Below are positions 55,132-64,000 of a DNA stretch of 64,000 nucleotides, piece by piece. The position numbers and the translations under genes were made by a program. Position 1 is the first letter of the stretch. Every line of letters begins with the position of its first letter. The stretch covers positions 12,432 to 76,431 of the forward strand of contig CAZTEW010000001.1 of NCBI GenBank assembly GCA_964612215.1, written 5' to 3'. The notes beneath the pieces were generated by a model. That model made no database searches, had not been told where the DNA came from, and was given only the letters and a program-made list of their open reading frames with translations. Source of the stretch: an uncultured Gammaproteobacteria bacterium. GTDB taxonomy: Bacteria > Patescibacteriota > Microgenomatia > CAZTEW01.

Positions 55132-55969
55132 CCTGGCTTCATTATCATCTTTACTCAGTTCCAGTCAAAGCGCCCTGGTGGTTTTGCCGCCAAGTTCAGG
55201 CTTCGACAGAATTGCCGCCTCTTTGGCTCTTTATTTGGCTCTGAAAAAGGCTGGTAAAAAAGCCGGCATTGCTTGTTCGCAAGCGATGACGGTTCAGTTT
55301 TCTCAGCTAATCGGCGTCGACAAGATTACCGATAAAATCGGCCAACGGGATTTGGTGATTTCTTTTGATTATAAGCAAGATTTGATTGAGAAAGTCAGCT
55401 ACAACATTGAGGATGACAAGTTTAATCTGGTTATTCAGCCCAAGGCCGGTTTTCCGGCGCTTGATCCGAAAACGGTTGCCTATTCTTCCTCAGGTACAGA
55501 CGCGGATTTAATTTTCGTCGTCGGCAGTCAGAAGCTGGAAGATTTAGGTGAACTCTATCAGCAAAATAAGTCTTTTTATCAAAGCGCCGCCGTGGTTAAT
55601 ATTGATCGTCAGGCCGGCAACAGCCAATTCGGCAAAGTCAACTTGGTTGTTTCTCAGGCGGCGGCGGACAGCGAATTAGTGGCGCTGATTTTGAAAGGAT
55701 TAAAACTGGCGATTGATGAAGATATCGTCACCAATCTCTATCTCGGGCTGCAATCAGCCACCGGGAATTTCCAGGCCGCTGAAGTGTTGGCTGATACCTT
55801 TGAGGCGGCGGCTTGGCTCTTGCGTAGCGGTGCCAGGCATTCTCAGTCAACGGCCGTGAAACCAGAACCCCAGCCTGATTCTCAGACTGAGATGGAAAAG
55901 GAAGATGCGGCGGCAGCGTCACCTGACTGGCTTTCACCAAAAATCTACAAAAGTACGAGCAGGGTTTGA
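55115..55969 (+). CDS. Hypothetical protein, possibly degenerate DHH/NrnA-like
   Basis: MNQNLDLASL..LVVLPPSSGFDRIAASLALYLALKKAG has the architecture of DHH phosphoesterases but no clear DHH motif. Sits at the position of rbfA/nrnA after infB. Confidence 0.3.
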   Translation: MNQNLDLASLSSLLSSSQSALVVLPPSSGFDRIAASLALYLALKKAGKKAGIACSQAMTVQFSQLIGVDKITDKIGQRDLVISFDYKQDLIEKVSYNIEDDKFNLVIQPKAGFPALDPKTVAYSSSGTDADLIFVVGSQKLEDLGELYQQNKSFYQSAAVVNIDRQAGNSQFGKVNLVVSQAAADSELVALILKGLKLAIDEDIVTNLYLGLQSATGNFQAAEVLADTFEAAAWLLRSGARHSQSTAVKPEPQPDSQTEMEKEDAAAASPDWLSPKIYKSTSRV

Positions 55970-56017
55970 CGGTAGAGGAACTTCGGAGTAAAATAGATAA
56001 ATCAATTAAGATAAATT

Positions 56018-56287
56018 ATGGCGAAGAAGCTTTCGGAGAAACAGAAGATTATCAAGAAGTTTGCTACCAAAAAAGGTGATACTGGTTCGCCTGAAGTTCA
56101 AGTAGCGCTTTTGAGCCAGCAAATCAAAAATTTAACCAAGCATTTAAAAGAACATAAAAAAGACACTCATTCTCGCCGTGGCCTGTTAACCATGGTGAGC
56201 AAGCGCCGCCGCCTTCTCAACTATCTATCTAAAAAAAGCGAGAAGCGATACCGGGAATTGATTAAGGAACTTAAACTGAAGAAGTAA
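56018..56287 (+). CDS. rpsO: 30S ribosomal protein uS15
   Basis: [57 protein letters not shown]. Confidence 0.9.
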   Translation: MAKKLSEKQKIIKKFATKKGDTGSPEVQVALLSQQIKNLTKHLKEHKKDTHSRRGLLTMVSKRRRLLNYLSKKSEKRYRELIKELKLKK

Positions 56288-58488
56288 TGGCGATTAAGCA
56301 AAAGAAACTAGAAATTGGCGGCAGGGAATTAATCTTCGAAACCGGACACTTTGCGGAACAGGCGAACGCGGCCGTTACCTGCTGTTACGGCGGGACGGTG
56401 GTGCTGGCAGCGGTTGTGGCCGCACCGTGCCGGGAAGAAATTGATTATTTTCCGCTTTACGTTGAATATCAGGAAAAGCTTTATGCTGGCGGCAAGATTA
56501 AAGGCAGTCGCTGGGTCAAGCGCGAAGGCCGACCTTCTGATGAGGCGATTTTAACGGCGCGTTTAATTGATCGCAGTCTCCGGCCGCTCTTCCCTAAAGA
56601 CTATAAGAATGAGGTTCAGGTGGTGGTGACAGTGCTTTCCGTGGACGGCGAAAACGATCCGGAAATTCCCGGTATTTTAGCCGCCTCGGCCGCCCTGGCG
56701 ATTAGCGATATTCCTTGGGACGGACCAGTGGGGGCGATTCGGGTGGGCAATAAAACCAGCACTTTTTTTGCTAACCCGACTTATGGCGACTTAGATTTTT
56801 CTGACATGAATATTATCGCTGCCGCGACCGAAGATAGCTTAATTATGCTTGAGGGTGAAGCGCGCGAGGTCAGTCGCGAACTGGTGACCCAAGCCTTAGA
56901 ATTCAGCCATCAAGAGATTAAAAAAATAGTGAAGGCGATTAAGGAGTTTCAGAAAGAAGCCGGTCGGAAAAAACAGGCGCTGAAGCCGGCAATCGTTGAT
57001 CAAAAAATAAAACAGGCGGTGCAGAAAGAAATTAAAGCCCACTTCGAAAGCTTCAGGGACGGCACGGTGGATTTTGATGAATTTAAAGCCGCCTTAGCGG
57101 AGAAAATGGCAGATAAAAAAGCCGCCATCTTTGCCGAGGAGCTGTTTTTTGAAGCAATACGAGAGGAAATCTTAACCAAAAAAATTCGTTTTGACGGTCG
57201 CAAAGCTGATGAAATCCGGAAAATTACCATTGAAACCGGCATTTTGCCCCGAACCCATGGCTCAGCAATGTTCAAAAGAGGCAAAACTCAAGCTCTGACG
57301 ATTACCACGCTCGGGTCGCCTTCCCTGGAGCAGTTGGTTGAATCAATGACCGGCGAGGAAACGAAAAGATATATGCATCATTATTATATGCCGCCTTATT
57401 CGGTGGGCGAAACCGGCCGTTTCGGCTGGCCATCCAGAAGAGAAGTGGGTCATGGTACCCTGGCTGAGCGCGCTCTGGAACCGGTTTTACCGAGCGAAGA
57501 AGAATTTCCCTATACGATTCGGGTTGTTTCCGAACTGATGTCTTCGAACGGTTCAACTTCCATGGCTTCGGTTTGCGGTTCGACTCTTTCTTTAATGGAC
57601 GCCGGCGTGCCCATCAAGAAACCAGTGGCGGGTATTGCTTTGGGATTGATTAAGAATGAAAAAAGCCATGTGGTTCTCACTGACATTTCAGGCTTAGAAG
57701 ATCACTGCGGCGATATGGATTGTAAAATCGCCGGCAGTCAAGACGGCATCACCGCTCTTCAGATGGATGTTAAGTCGCCGCTGCCATTGAATTTAATCGA
57801 AGAAATTTTCGAACAGGCCGATCAAGGCCGGGCTTTCATTTTGGAGAAAATGATTAAGGCAATGCCCAAATCCAGAACCGCAATTTCTCAATACGCCCCC
57901 AAAGTTGCTGTCATTAAAATAGAGGCAGAGAAAATCGGTGAAGTCATTGGCCCCGGCGGCCGTATGATTAGGCAGATCATCAGCGAGACAGGAGCGGCGG
58001 TTGACGTTAAAGATAGCGGCGAAGTGACAATTTCTGGTCCTCAGGAAGGCGTGAAAAAGGCCAGCGAATGGGTGAAAAATCTGGTTCGGGAAGTCAAGAT
58101 CGGCGAAACTTTTAGCGCTGAAGTGAAACGCATCCAGCCTTTCGGCGCTTTTGTGGAAATTCTACCTGGCAAAGAAGGTTTGGTGCATGTTTCCAAAATG
58201 GCCAACCGTTTTATTAAAGATCCCAGCGAAGTGGTAAGTCTTGGCGATAAAGTCCAGGTGAAAGTGGTAGAAATTGACGAGCGCAAAAGGATTAATCTTT
58301 CCATGATTTTAGATGAGAAGCCGGGTGAGCGTCATTTTTCCGGCCGAGGAGATCAACAGCGCCGGCCGTTTCCGCAAAATCGCTCCCGCTATCCTTCTCG
58401 CCAGTCCTCCCGTTCTGGAGACAGACCGCCTTTCCGTTCCCAGCGTTTTCCACGACCCCGTTCAGACTTCCGCTCCCGGGAAAGATAA
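56287..58488 (+). CDS. pnp: Polyribonucleotide nucleotidyltransferase (PNPase) with R/S-rich C-terminal tail
   Basis: Two RNase PH domains, KH (GEVIGPGGRMIRQI), S1 (GETFSAEVKRIQPFGAFVEI). C-terminal RSRYPSRQSSRSGDRPPFRSQRFPRPRSDFRSRER. Confidence 0.95.
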   Translation: MAIKQKKLEIGGRELIFETGHFAEQANAAVTCCYGGTVVLAAVVAAPCREEIDYFPLYVEYQEKLYAGGKIKGSRWVKREGRPSDEAILTARLIDRSLRPLFPKDYKNEVQVVVTVLSVDGENDPEIPGILAASAALAISDIPWDGPVGAIRVGNKTSTFFANPTYGDLDFSDMNIIAAATEDSLIMLEGEAREVSRELVTQALEFSHQEIKKIVKAIKEFQKEAGRKKQALKPAIVDQKIKQAVQKEIKAHFESFRDGTVDFDEFKAALAEKMADKKAAIFAEELFFEAIREEILTKKIRFDGRKADEIRKITIETGILPRTHGSAMFKRGKTQALTITTLGSPSLEQLVESMTGEETKRYMHHYYMPPYSVGETGRFGWPSRREVGHGTLAERALEPVLPSEEEFPYTIRVVSELMSSNGSTSMASVCGSTLSLMDAGVPIKKPVAGIALGLIKNEKSHVVLTDISGLEDHCGDMDCKIAGSQDGITALQMDVKSPLPLNLIEEIFEQADQGRAFILEKMIKAMPKSRTAISQYAPKVAVIKIEAEKIGEVIGPGGRMIRQIISETGAAVDVKDSGEVTISGPQEGVKKASEWVKNLVREVKIGETFSAEVKRIQPFGAFVEILPGKEGLVHVSKMANRFIKDPSEVVSLGDKVQVKVVEIDERKRINLSMILDEKPGERHFSGRGDQQRRPFPQNRSRYPSRQSSRSGDRPPFRSQRFPRPRSDFRSRER

Positions 58489-58499
58489 GCAAGTCATTC

Positions 58500-58528
58500 T
58501 TGACAGGTTATATAAATCTTATATAATA
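58500..58528 (+). promoter_or_regulatory. Sigma70-like promoter for the RHH-PIN operon (TTGACA-16-TATAAT)
   Basis: ttgaca at 58500-05, tataat at 58522-27. Confidence 0.4.
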
Positions 58529-58536
58529 GACTTACT

Positions 58537-58785
58537 ATGCAGACGCAGATGATTAATTTTATGATTCCCAGCGAACTGCTTCGACAGGTAGATAGTTTGG
58601 CAGCAAGAGAATTCCGCAGTCGTTCTGAATTGCTGCGCGAGGCGGCTCATTGCTATCTGAAGAGGCAAGAAGCGCGAAGAAAACTCTTTGCTTCTATTAG
58701 AAAGACAGCTGCTAGGCTTGATCTTTCTGAAGAAGAAGCAATGAATCTGGCTGAAAAGGCGAAGCTTTGGGCGAGAGGCAAGTGA
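58537..58785 (+). CDS. Ribbon-helix-helix antitoxin (CopG/VapB-like)
   Basis: 82 aa. FMIPSELLRQVDSLAAREFRSRSELLREAAHCYL is an RHH fold. Confidence 0.6.
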   Translation: MQTQMINFMIPSELLRQVDSLAAREFRSRSELLREAAHCYLKRQEARRKLFASIRKTAARLDLSEEEAMNLAEKAKLWARGK

Positions 58786-59231
58786 GGGTTGTTTTTGACG
58801 CTAATATCTATATTAGTTTTTTCTTAACTCGAGGGCCGACAATTACTTCGATTTTTTCTTACTGGGAGAAAGATTGTTTTAGTGTTTTGATTTCCCCAAT
58901 CATTATTGAAGAAATCGAAACCGCATTTCAGTATTCAAGGATAAAAGAAAGGTTAAAGGCGAAAGACTTTCTCAATCTTTATTTGCTTCTAGAAGAGGCA
59001 GAAATGATTTATCCGCATTCAAAAGTGGGAATTATTAAAGACCTAAAAGACAATATGTATCTGGAATGCGCTCAGGACGGCAGCGCTGATTATTTAATTA
59101 CCGGCGATAAAAAACACCTTTTGCCATTAAAAAAATTCGGCAGAACCAAAATTATTTCACCACGAGAATTTGTGGCAGAAATCGGTCGTGATTGTCGTGA
59201 TATAATGAAAACATGCCCAATGAGCTTCTGA
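58782..59231 (+). CDS. PIN-domain toxin (VapC-like, TIGR00305-type)
   Basis: VRVVFDANIYISFFL.. with downstream acidic residues. GTG start overlapping the antitoxin stop in GTGA. The track ORF uses TTG at 58767. Confidence 0.6.
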   Translation: MRVVFDANIYISFFLTRGPTITSIFSYWEKDCFSVLISPIIIEEIETAFQYSRIKERLKAKDFLNLYLLLEEAEMIYPHSKVGIIKDLKDNMYLECAQDGSADYLITGDKKHLLPLKKFGRTKIISPREFVAEIGRDCRDIMKTCPMSF

Positions 59232-60274
59232 TTGAAATTCAGAAATTAAGAGAAAAAATTAAAAAAGCCGAATTGCCAGCCGGATTGCTAGAAAAGACAG
59301 CCGCAATGGTGGCGCGTCTGAACCGAGTGACTAAATTCGCTGGTTATTCAACGGAGTACGAACGGATGAGCCGCTATCTTGATTGGGTGACGGCTCTTCC
59401 CTGGCACCAGCGAACTGAAGACATCCTTGATCTGGAAAAAGCCAAAGCAGTTCTTGACAAGAGCCACTATGATTTAGATGAGATTAAAGAAAGAATTCTG
59501 GAGCACTTGGCCGTTTTGAATTTGCGGCGCCAGCGATCAGCCGGCAAAGACCGGCCGCCAGCTTTGCGAGCGCCGATTCTTTGTTTAGTGGGTTTAGTGG
59601 GGACGGGTAAAACCAGCTTGGGTGCTGCCATCGCTGAGGCGATGGGGAGGAAATTTATCAGAATTCCTTTCGGCGGCATGGGTTCAGCTTTGGAGTTGCG
59701 GGGTCAATCCCGGCTTCACCCGGAATCTGAACCAGGCCAAGTGATTAAGGCCCTGCGGCGCTGCGGCAGTAAAAATCCGGTCTTGCTTTTAGATGAAATT
59801 GACCGAGTGGCAGAAGAGACCAGAAGCGATATCATGGGCGTCCTGATCGAGCTTCTGGATCCAGAACAAAATCTGGCTTTCAGCGACTATTTTGTTGATT
59901 ACCCGTTTGATTTGTCAGAAGTTCTTTTTGTGGCTACCGCCAACAACACCACTAACATTTCAGCGCCGGTGCTGGACCGGCTCGAACCATTGTCAATGCC
60001 TTCATATTCTGACGGAGAAAAAATTATTATCGGCCGCGATTATGTTTTGCCTCAGGTTTTAGCGGAAACCGGCTTAACCAAAGCAGACTTGAAGATCGAC
60101 GACGCTGTCTGGCCGCAGATTGTCCGGCCCTTGGGCTATGATGCCGGTATTCGGACCCTGGAGCGAACGATTAAAAGGATTTGCCGGAAAGCGGCGAAAA
60201 TGATTGTCCAGAAAAAAGGTCAAGAATTTCAAATCACCACCGAAAATATTAAAGAATATTTATCCCAATGGTAA
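59213..60274 (+). CDS. Lon-like AAA+ ATPase module without protease or N-terminal LON domain
   Basis: 353 aa. Aligns to the Lon central region: ..ILEHLAV.., Walker A GLVGTGKTSLG, Walker B LLLDEIDR, LDPEQN, TANN, sensor and alpha domain. No S16 protease domain. rnj starts immediately after. Confidence 0.65.
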   Translation: MPNELLIEIQKLREKIKKAELPAGLLEKTAAMVARLNRVTKFAGYSTEYERMSRYLDWVTALPWHQRTEDILDLEKAKAVLDKSHYDLDEIKERILEHLAVLNLRRQRSAGKDRPPALRAPILCLVGLVGTGKTSLGAAIAEAMGRKFIRIPFGGMGSALELRGQSRLHPESEPGQVIKALRRCGSKNPVLLLDEIDRVAEETRSDIMGVLIELLDPEQNLAFSDYFVDYPFDLSEVLFVATANNTTNISAPVLDRLEPLSMPSYSDGEKIIIGRDYVLPQVLAETGLTKADLKIDDAVWPQIVRPLGYDAGIRTLERTIKRICRKAAKMIVQKKGQEFQITTENIKEYLSQW

Positions 60275-61569
60275 AAGTAACTCCTTTAGGCGGCGTTGCC
60301 GAAGTCACCAATAACCTGTTTGTTTACGAAACCGAGAAAGAGGCTTTAGTGGTTGATTGCGGCGCTGGGTTTCCTGAAGAAGAAGAGGGAGAAAATAAAA
60401 TCCTGATTCCGGACTTTGCTTATTTACAAACCATCAGAAAAAAACTCCGCGGTTTGATCATTACTCATGCTCACTTTGACCATTACGGCGCCATTCCTTA
60501 TCTTTTGGAGCAGTTTAATCTGCCGGTTTTTGGCGTCCGGATCAGCTTAGAATTCCTGAGGGCAAAGATGATTGACCTGAAAATCAAAAAAGAAACAAAA
60601 CTGCAACAACTGTCGTTTCGAAAAAATGTTAGCCTCGGGAGTTGGAAAATAACGCCTTTTTTAGTTAACCATTCGGTTCCGGATGCTTCTGGTTTAGCGA
60701 TTTCGACGCCAGCCGGGAAGATTTTCCATGTCAGCGATTTTAAATTTGACTTGACGCCGGTTGACGGCCGGGTTTTTGATTTTCAAAGCTGTATTCAGCT
60801 GGCCCAGAGCGGCGTTTTGGCGCTTTTCTCAGATTGCCTGGGCGCGTGCGAAGAAGGCTTTACCCAGACCGAAAAGAAAGTTGGCCAAACCCTTTTCTCC
60901 TTGATGGCCAAAGCGCCGGGCCAGCTTCTAATGACCACTCTTTCCTCTAATATTCACCGGCTGCGGTTAATGATTGAGGCCGCCAGAGTCTTAGGCAGGC
61001 AGATAGTACCTGTTGGCCGCTCGATAGAAACCAGCTTGGCAATTGGCGAGCGCTTGGGTTATCTGCCTCGGTTGTCGAGAAAAAAACAGAAAAATTCCCG
61101 CCGCTTAGTCTATTTAGTCGCCGGCAGCTATGGTCAGGAGAATTCCAACCTGATGCGTGTCGCTCAGGGAAAGCATCCGGGGTTGAAATTAGAAAAAGGA
61201 GCGACGGTGATTTTTTCCGCTGACCCTTCGCCGCCCAACACCGAAGCTAAAGTGAACAAACTAGTTGACCTCTTAACACTCCAGGGAGCTAGGGTTCATT
61301 ACTACGAAATTCAGGAAAATCTGCATGCTTCCGGACATGGTTCAGCTGGAGACCTTCAGCTGTTAATGGCTTTGGTGAAGCCGAAATTTTTCGTTCCCAT
61401 CGGCGGTTGTCCGCGGCACATGCGGGCTTACGCCGCCTTAGCCAAGGAAATGGGGATCGGGCCGGAAAGGGTTTTCGAACTTTTGCCGGGCGAGAGTTTG
61501 ATTTTCGGACTACACAGTGCCAGGCGGGGAACGGTCATCGAGCTTAAAAAGAAAACGATTTTAGTGTAG
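60268..61569 (+). CDS. rnj: Ribonuclease J (metallo-beta-lactamase/beta-CASP)
   Basis: HAHFDHYGAIPYL (HxHxDH), ..SDFKFD.., FSDCLGA align with RNase J. Confidence 0.8.
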   Translation: MVKVTPLGGVAEVTNNLFVYETEKEALVVDCGAGFPEEEEGENKILIPDFAYLQTIRKKLRGLIITHAHFDHYGAIPYLLEQFNLPVFGVRISLEFLRAKMIDLKIKKETKLQQLSFRKNVSLGSWKITPFLVNHSVPDASGLAISTPAGKIFHVSDFKFDLTPVDGRVFDFQSCIQLAQSGVLALFSDCLGACEEGFTQTEKKVGQTLFSLMAKAPGQLLMTTLSSNIHRLRLMIEAARVLGRQIVPVGRSIETSLAIGERLGYLPRLSRKKQKNSRRLVYLVAGSYGQENSNLMRVAQGKHPGLKLEKGATVIFSADPSPPNTEAKVNKLVDLLTLQGARVHYYEIQENLHASGHGSAGDLQLLMALVKPKFFVPIGGCPRHMRAYAALAKEMGIGPERVFELLPGESLIFGLHSARRGTVIELKKKTILV

Positions 61570-61587
61570 AATGGTGGTGGAGGCAAG

Positions 61588-63633
61588 ATGAGTCAGCGCG
61601 GTCGCAGGAAAAACCCTTATAAGCTTAAATTAAAAAAAGAATCGCTTTATGCTATCGCCAGCATTTTTCTTTTTTTCAGCGGCGGCTTGGTGATGCTTTC
61701 TTTTTCCCAGCAAGGAGAGATTTTAACCAAAGTCCATTTGCTTTCGCGCCAGCTTTTTGGCGTTGGCTCTCTTTTTTTGCCTTTTCTTTTGGTAGCGGCG
61801 GGGTTAATGCTGACTAACCTGCAATGGCGCCTTTGCCGGCCGCATGTTTTAGTCGGCGGCTTCCTGATGGCTTTAAGCTTTATCGGAGTTTTAAAAACCG
61901 GTAGCGTCGGCCAAGTGGTTTTTCAAAATATGAGCGCTTTGATTACCGGTTTTGGCGCTTATTTAGTTCTTCTGGCTGCCGGTTTAATCGGCTTTATTGT
62001 TCTTTTTGAAACTTCGTTTGAAGATATTTTCCTGTTTTTTGGCCAACTTTTGGCCCGGCTGAAAGAGAAAACGCCGGCGATGCCTAAAAAAGGATCATTG
62101 ATTCTAGCGCGGCGAGTCAAAAAAGAATCAGGCCACGAAGATAAAGAGCTGGAAAAGACAACGGCGGCTGTCCAGCCAGTTTCTTCAACCAGTCAAGGAA
62201 TTTGGGAATATCCACCTCTTGATTTATTAGTGAACGAAATCGGCGGTGAGGCTGATCGTGGTGACGTCAAGCAAAATCAGGCTGTCGTTGAAGAAACACT
62301 GGCTTCTTTTGGTGTTCAAGCTAAGGTCGCCGAAGTGAATTATGGACCGGCGGTCACCCAATATGCCTTGGAAATCAGCCGCGGCACCAAGCTTTCTAAA
62401 GTGACCGCTCTTGCTAATGACCTGGCTTTGTCTTTGGCCGCGCCGACCGGTCAAATTAGAATTGAAGCGCCGATTCCGGGCCGTTCTTTAGTGGGCGTGG
62501 AAGTTCCGAATAATTCTTTGGAAATTGTGCCTTTGAAAAAAATTCTCGCCTCTAAAGAAATGAAAAAAGAGAAGCATAAATTAAACGTGACTTTAGGGTT
62601 GGACGTTTCCGGCCGGCCGATGATTGCTAATTTGGCCAGAATGCCTCATGTTTTGATTGCCGGCGCGACCGGTTCAGGCAAAACCTGCTGTTTGAATTCT
62701 TTTATTGCCACTATTCTTTTTCGGGCCAGTCCCGAAGAAGTCAAATTAATTTTAATTGATCCGAAGCGAGTCGAATTGGTGTCCTATAATGGCATTCCTC
62801 ATCTGCTGACACCGGTGATTACTGATCCGGAACAGGTAATTTCTGCTTTGAAATGGGCGATTAGCGAGATGGATCGGCGTTATAAGCTTTTTGCCCAGGT
62901 CGGGGTACGCAACATTGACAGCTATAACCAACTTTCTGGCTTTCAGGCGTTGCCCTATATGGTGATTATCATCGACGAACTGGCGGATATTATTCTTTTT
63001 GCGCCGGCTGATGTTGAGGACGCTATTACCCGGATTGCGCAAATGGCGCGCGCGACCGGAATTCATCTGGTAATTTCTACTCAAAGACCGTCAGTTGACG
63101 TTCTGACTGGCCTGATTAAGGCCAACATTCCCTGTCGAATTGCCTTTAATGTTACGTCTGCGGTTGATTCCCGGGTAATTCTGGATATGGGGGGTGCGGA
63201 AAAGCTCCTGGGCCGCGGCGACATGCTTTATATTCCGCCGGATCAGGCGAAACCGAGCCGGATTCAAGGCACCTATGTTTCTGACGCGGAAATTCAGAAA
63301 CTGATTGAGTTTTTGAAAAAGACCGGTGAGCAGCCAAAATATATCAATGAAGTCACCACCAAATATAAACCTCTGACAGTCACCGAAGAAGAAACTGAAA
63401 AGGACGATTTGTTTGACGAAGCCGTCCGGGTAGTTTGCCGCTATGATCGGGCTTCGGCTTCCCTGTTGCAGCGCCGGCTATCAATTGGTTATGCCCGGGC
63501 GGCCAGAATTTTAGACCAGCTGCAAAAAGCAGGCTTGGTCGGTCCGCCGGAAGGTAGCAAGCCGCGAGAGGTTTTGGTTCGCAGTCCGGAAGAATACTTC
63601 AGCCGCAGCGCTGGTTGGCGGACTGACGCTTAG
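61588..63633 (+). CDS. ftsK: DNA translocase FtsK/SpoIIIE
   Basis: N-terminal TM domain. Motor Walker A GATGSGKTCCLN. C-terminal gamma wHTH (LLQRRLSIGYARAARILDQL). Confidence 0.9.
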   Translation: MSQRGRRKNPYKLKLKKESLYAIASIFLFFSGGLVMLSFSQQGEILTKVHLLSRQLFGVGSLFLPFLLVAAGLMLTNLQWRLCRPHVLVGGFLMALSFIGVLKTGSVGQVVFQNMSALITGFGAYLVLLAAGLIGFIVLFETSFEDIFLFFGQLLARLKEKTPAMPKKGSLILARRVKKESGHEDKELEKTTAAVQPVSSTSQGIWEYPPLDLLVNEIGGEADRGDVKQNQAVVEETLASFGVQAKVAEVNYGPAVTQYALEISRGTKLSKVTALANDLALSLAAPTGQIRIEAPIPGRSLVGVEVPNNSLEIVPLKKILASKEMKKEKHKLNVTLGLDVSGRPMIANLARMPHVLIAGATGSGKTCCLNSFIATILFRASPEEVKLILIDPKRVELVSYNGIPHLLTPVITDPEQVISALKWAISEMDRRYKLFAQVGVRNIDSYNQLSGFQALPYMVIIIDELADIILFAPADVEDAITRIAQMARATGIHLVISTQRPSVDVLTGLIKANIPCRIAFNVTSAVDSRVILDMGGAEKLLGRGDMLYIPPDQAKPSRIQGTYVSDAEIQKLIEFLKKTGEQPKYINEVTTKYKPLTVTEEETEKDDLFDEAVRVVCRYDRASASLLQRRLSIGYARAARILDQLQKAGLVGPPEGSKPREVLVRSPEEYFSRSAGWRTDA

Positions 63634-63645
63634 AAAGGAGGAGAA

Positions 63646-64000
63646 GTGCAAAAAGCAGGCGAGCTTTTGAAAAAAAACCGTCAGCGCAAAAAATTATCTT
63701 TGACGACAGTTGCCAAGAGAACTAAAATTAGAAAAGACTATTTAATCGCCCTGGAAGAAAGCCGCTATCAAGATCTGCCTAGCGGCACCTATATTCAAGG
63801 ATTTATCAAAAACTACAGCCAGGTTTTAGGCGTTGATCCCCAGCCGTTTTTAGCGGTTTTTCGCCGGGATTATCGGGAGAAAAACAGGCCGACATTTAAA
63901 ACTTCCCAACTGGAGGGTTTTTACTGGACGCCAAAAACCACTCTACTGGCGATTTTCATTCTCGGCCTCCTGTTTTTTTTCGGCTATCTCTTCTGGCAGT
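63646..64000 (+). CDS. rodZ: RodZ-like HTH (XRE) membrane protein, 3' end cut by window edge
   Basis: AAGGAGG then GTG at 63646. VQKAGELLKKNRQRKKLSLTTVAKRTKIRKDYLIALEESRYQDLPSGTYIQGFIKNY then TM. Runs off the window. Not in the ORF track. Confidence 0.5.
   Translation, partial: MQKAGELLKKNRQRKKLSLTTVAKRTKIRKDYLIALEESRYQDLPSGTYIQGFIKNYSQVLGVDPQPFLAVFRRDYREKNRPTFKTSQLEGFYWTPKTTLLAIFILGLLFFFGYLFWQ

Noticed and set aside
56287-58488. R/S-rich C-terminal tail of PNPase, N-truncated IF-2, Zn-finger-less DnaJ, short ValRS as anomalies
   Set aside because: Expected reduced or variant architectures for CPR-type genomes. Noted in the features but not treated as novel.

Overview
This 64 kb window looks like a Candidate Phyla Radiation (Patescibacteria)-type genome. 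The evidence is a short ValRS, an IF-2 that begins at the G domain, a DnaJ without a zinc finger, a DUF4012-like protein, and many GT-C glycosyltransferase, PEGA, VanW and Fem-like genes. GC content is roughly 45-50%, with tight or overlapping gene junctions. Housekeeping blocks are hrcA-grpE-dnaK-dnaJ (with a CIRCE-like operator), groES-groEL, tsaD-valS, khpB-yidC-rplY, rnhA, a UvrD/AddA-like helicase-nuclease, rmuC, metG, nusA-infB, rpsO-pnp, rnj and ftsK.

The accessory content is in three places. At 1-4958 there is a glycolipid-type cluster: two GT-C paralogs, a UbiA family decaprenyl-phosphate phosphoribosyltransferase-like gene and a Rossmann FAD oxidoreductase. At 4971-15982, all on the minus strand and partly co-oriented with pilN and pilO homologs, there is a supercluster of seven surface proteins. 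They share an unusual conserved motif just after the N-terminal transmembrane helix (QxQEIRKRA), C-terminal LPxxG-[FY]LTPT-hydrophobic anchors, Pro/Thr linkers, FN3 and Ig-like domains, cohesin-like modules, two bona fide dockerin modules, a Cys-rich ectodomain and a perfect 401-bp internal repeat. At 43336-48887 there is a second glycan cluster: a GT2 with a QxxRW motif, two GT-C genes and a WecA-like gene.

Other items are a palindromic hairpin element inserted in-frame three times (in rnhA and twice in the helicase-nuclease gene), resembling Rickettsia palindromic elements. There is tRNA-Cys followed by a degenerate four-helix-bundle gene cassette flanked by 8-nt tandem repeats. Heptanucleotide tandem repeats sit inside two genes of the glycolipid cluster. 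A VapBC-like pair is coupled to a standalone Lon AAA+ module with no protease domain. The ORF track omits two edge-truncated genes, 1..1243(-) and 63646..64000(+).
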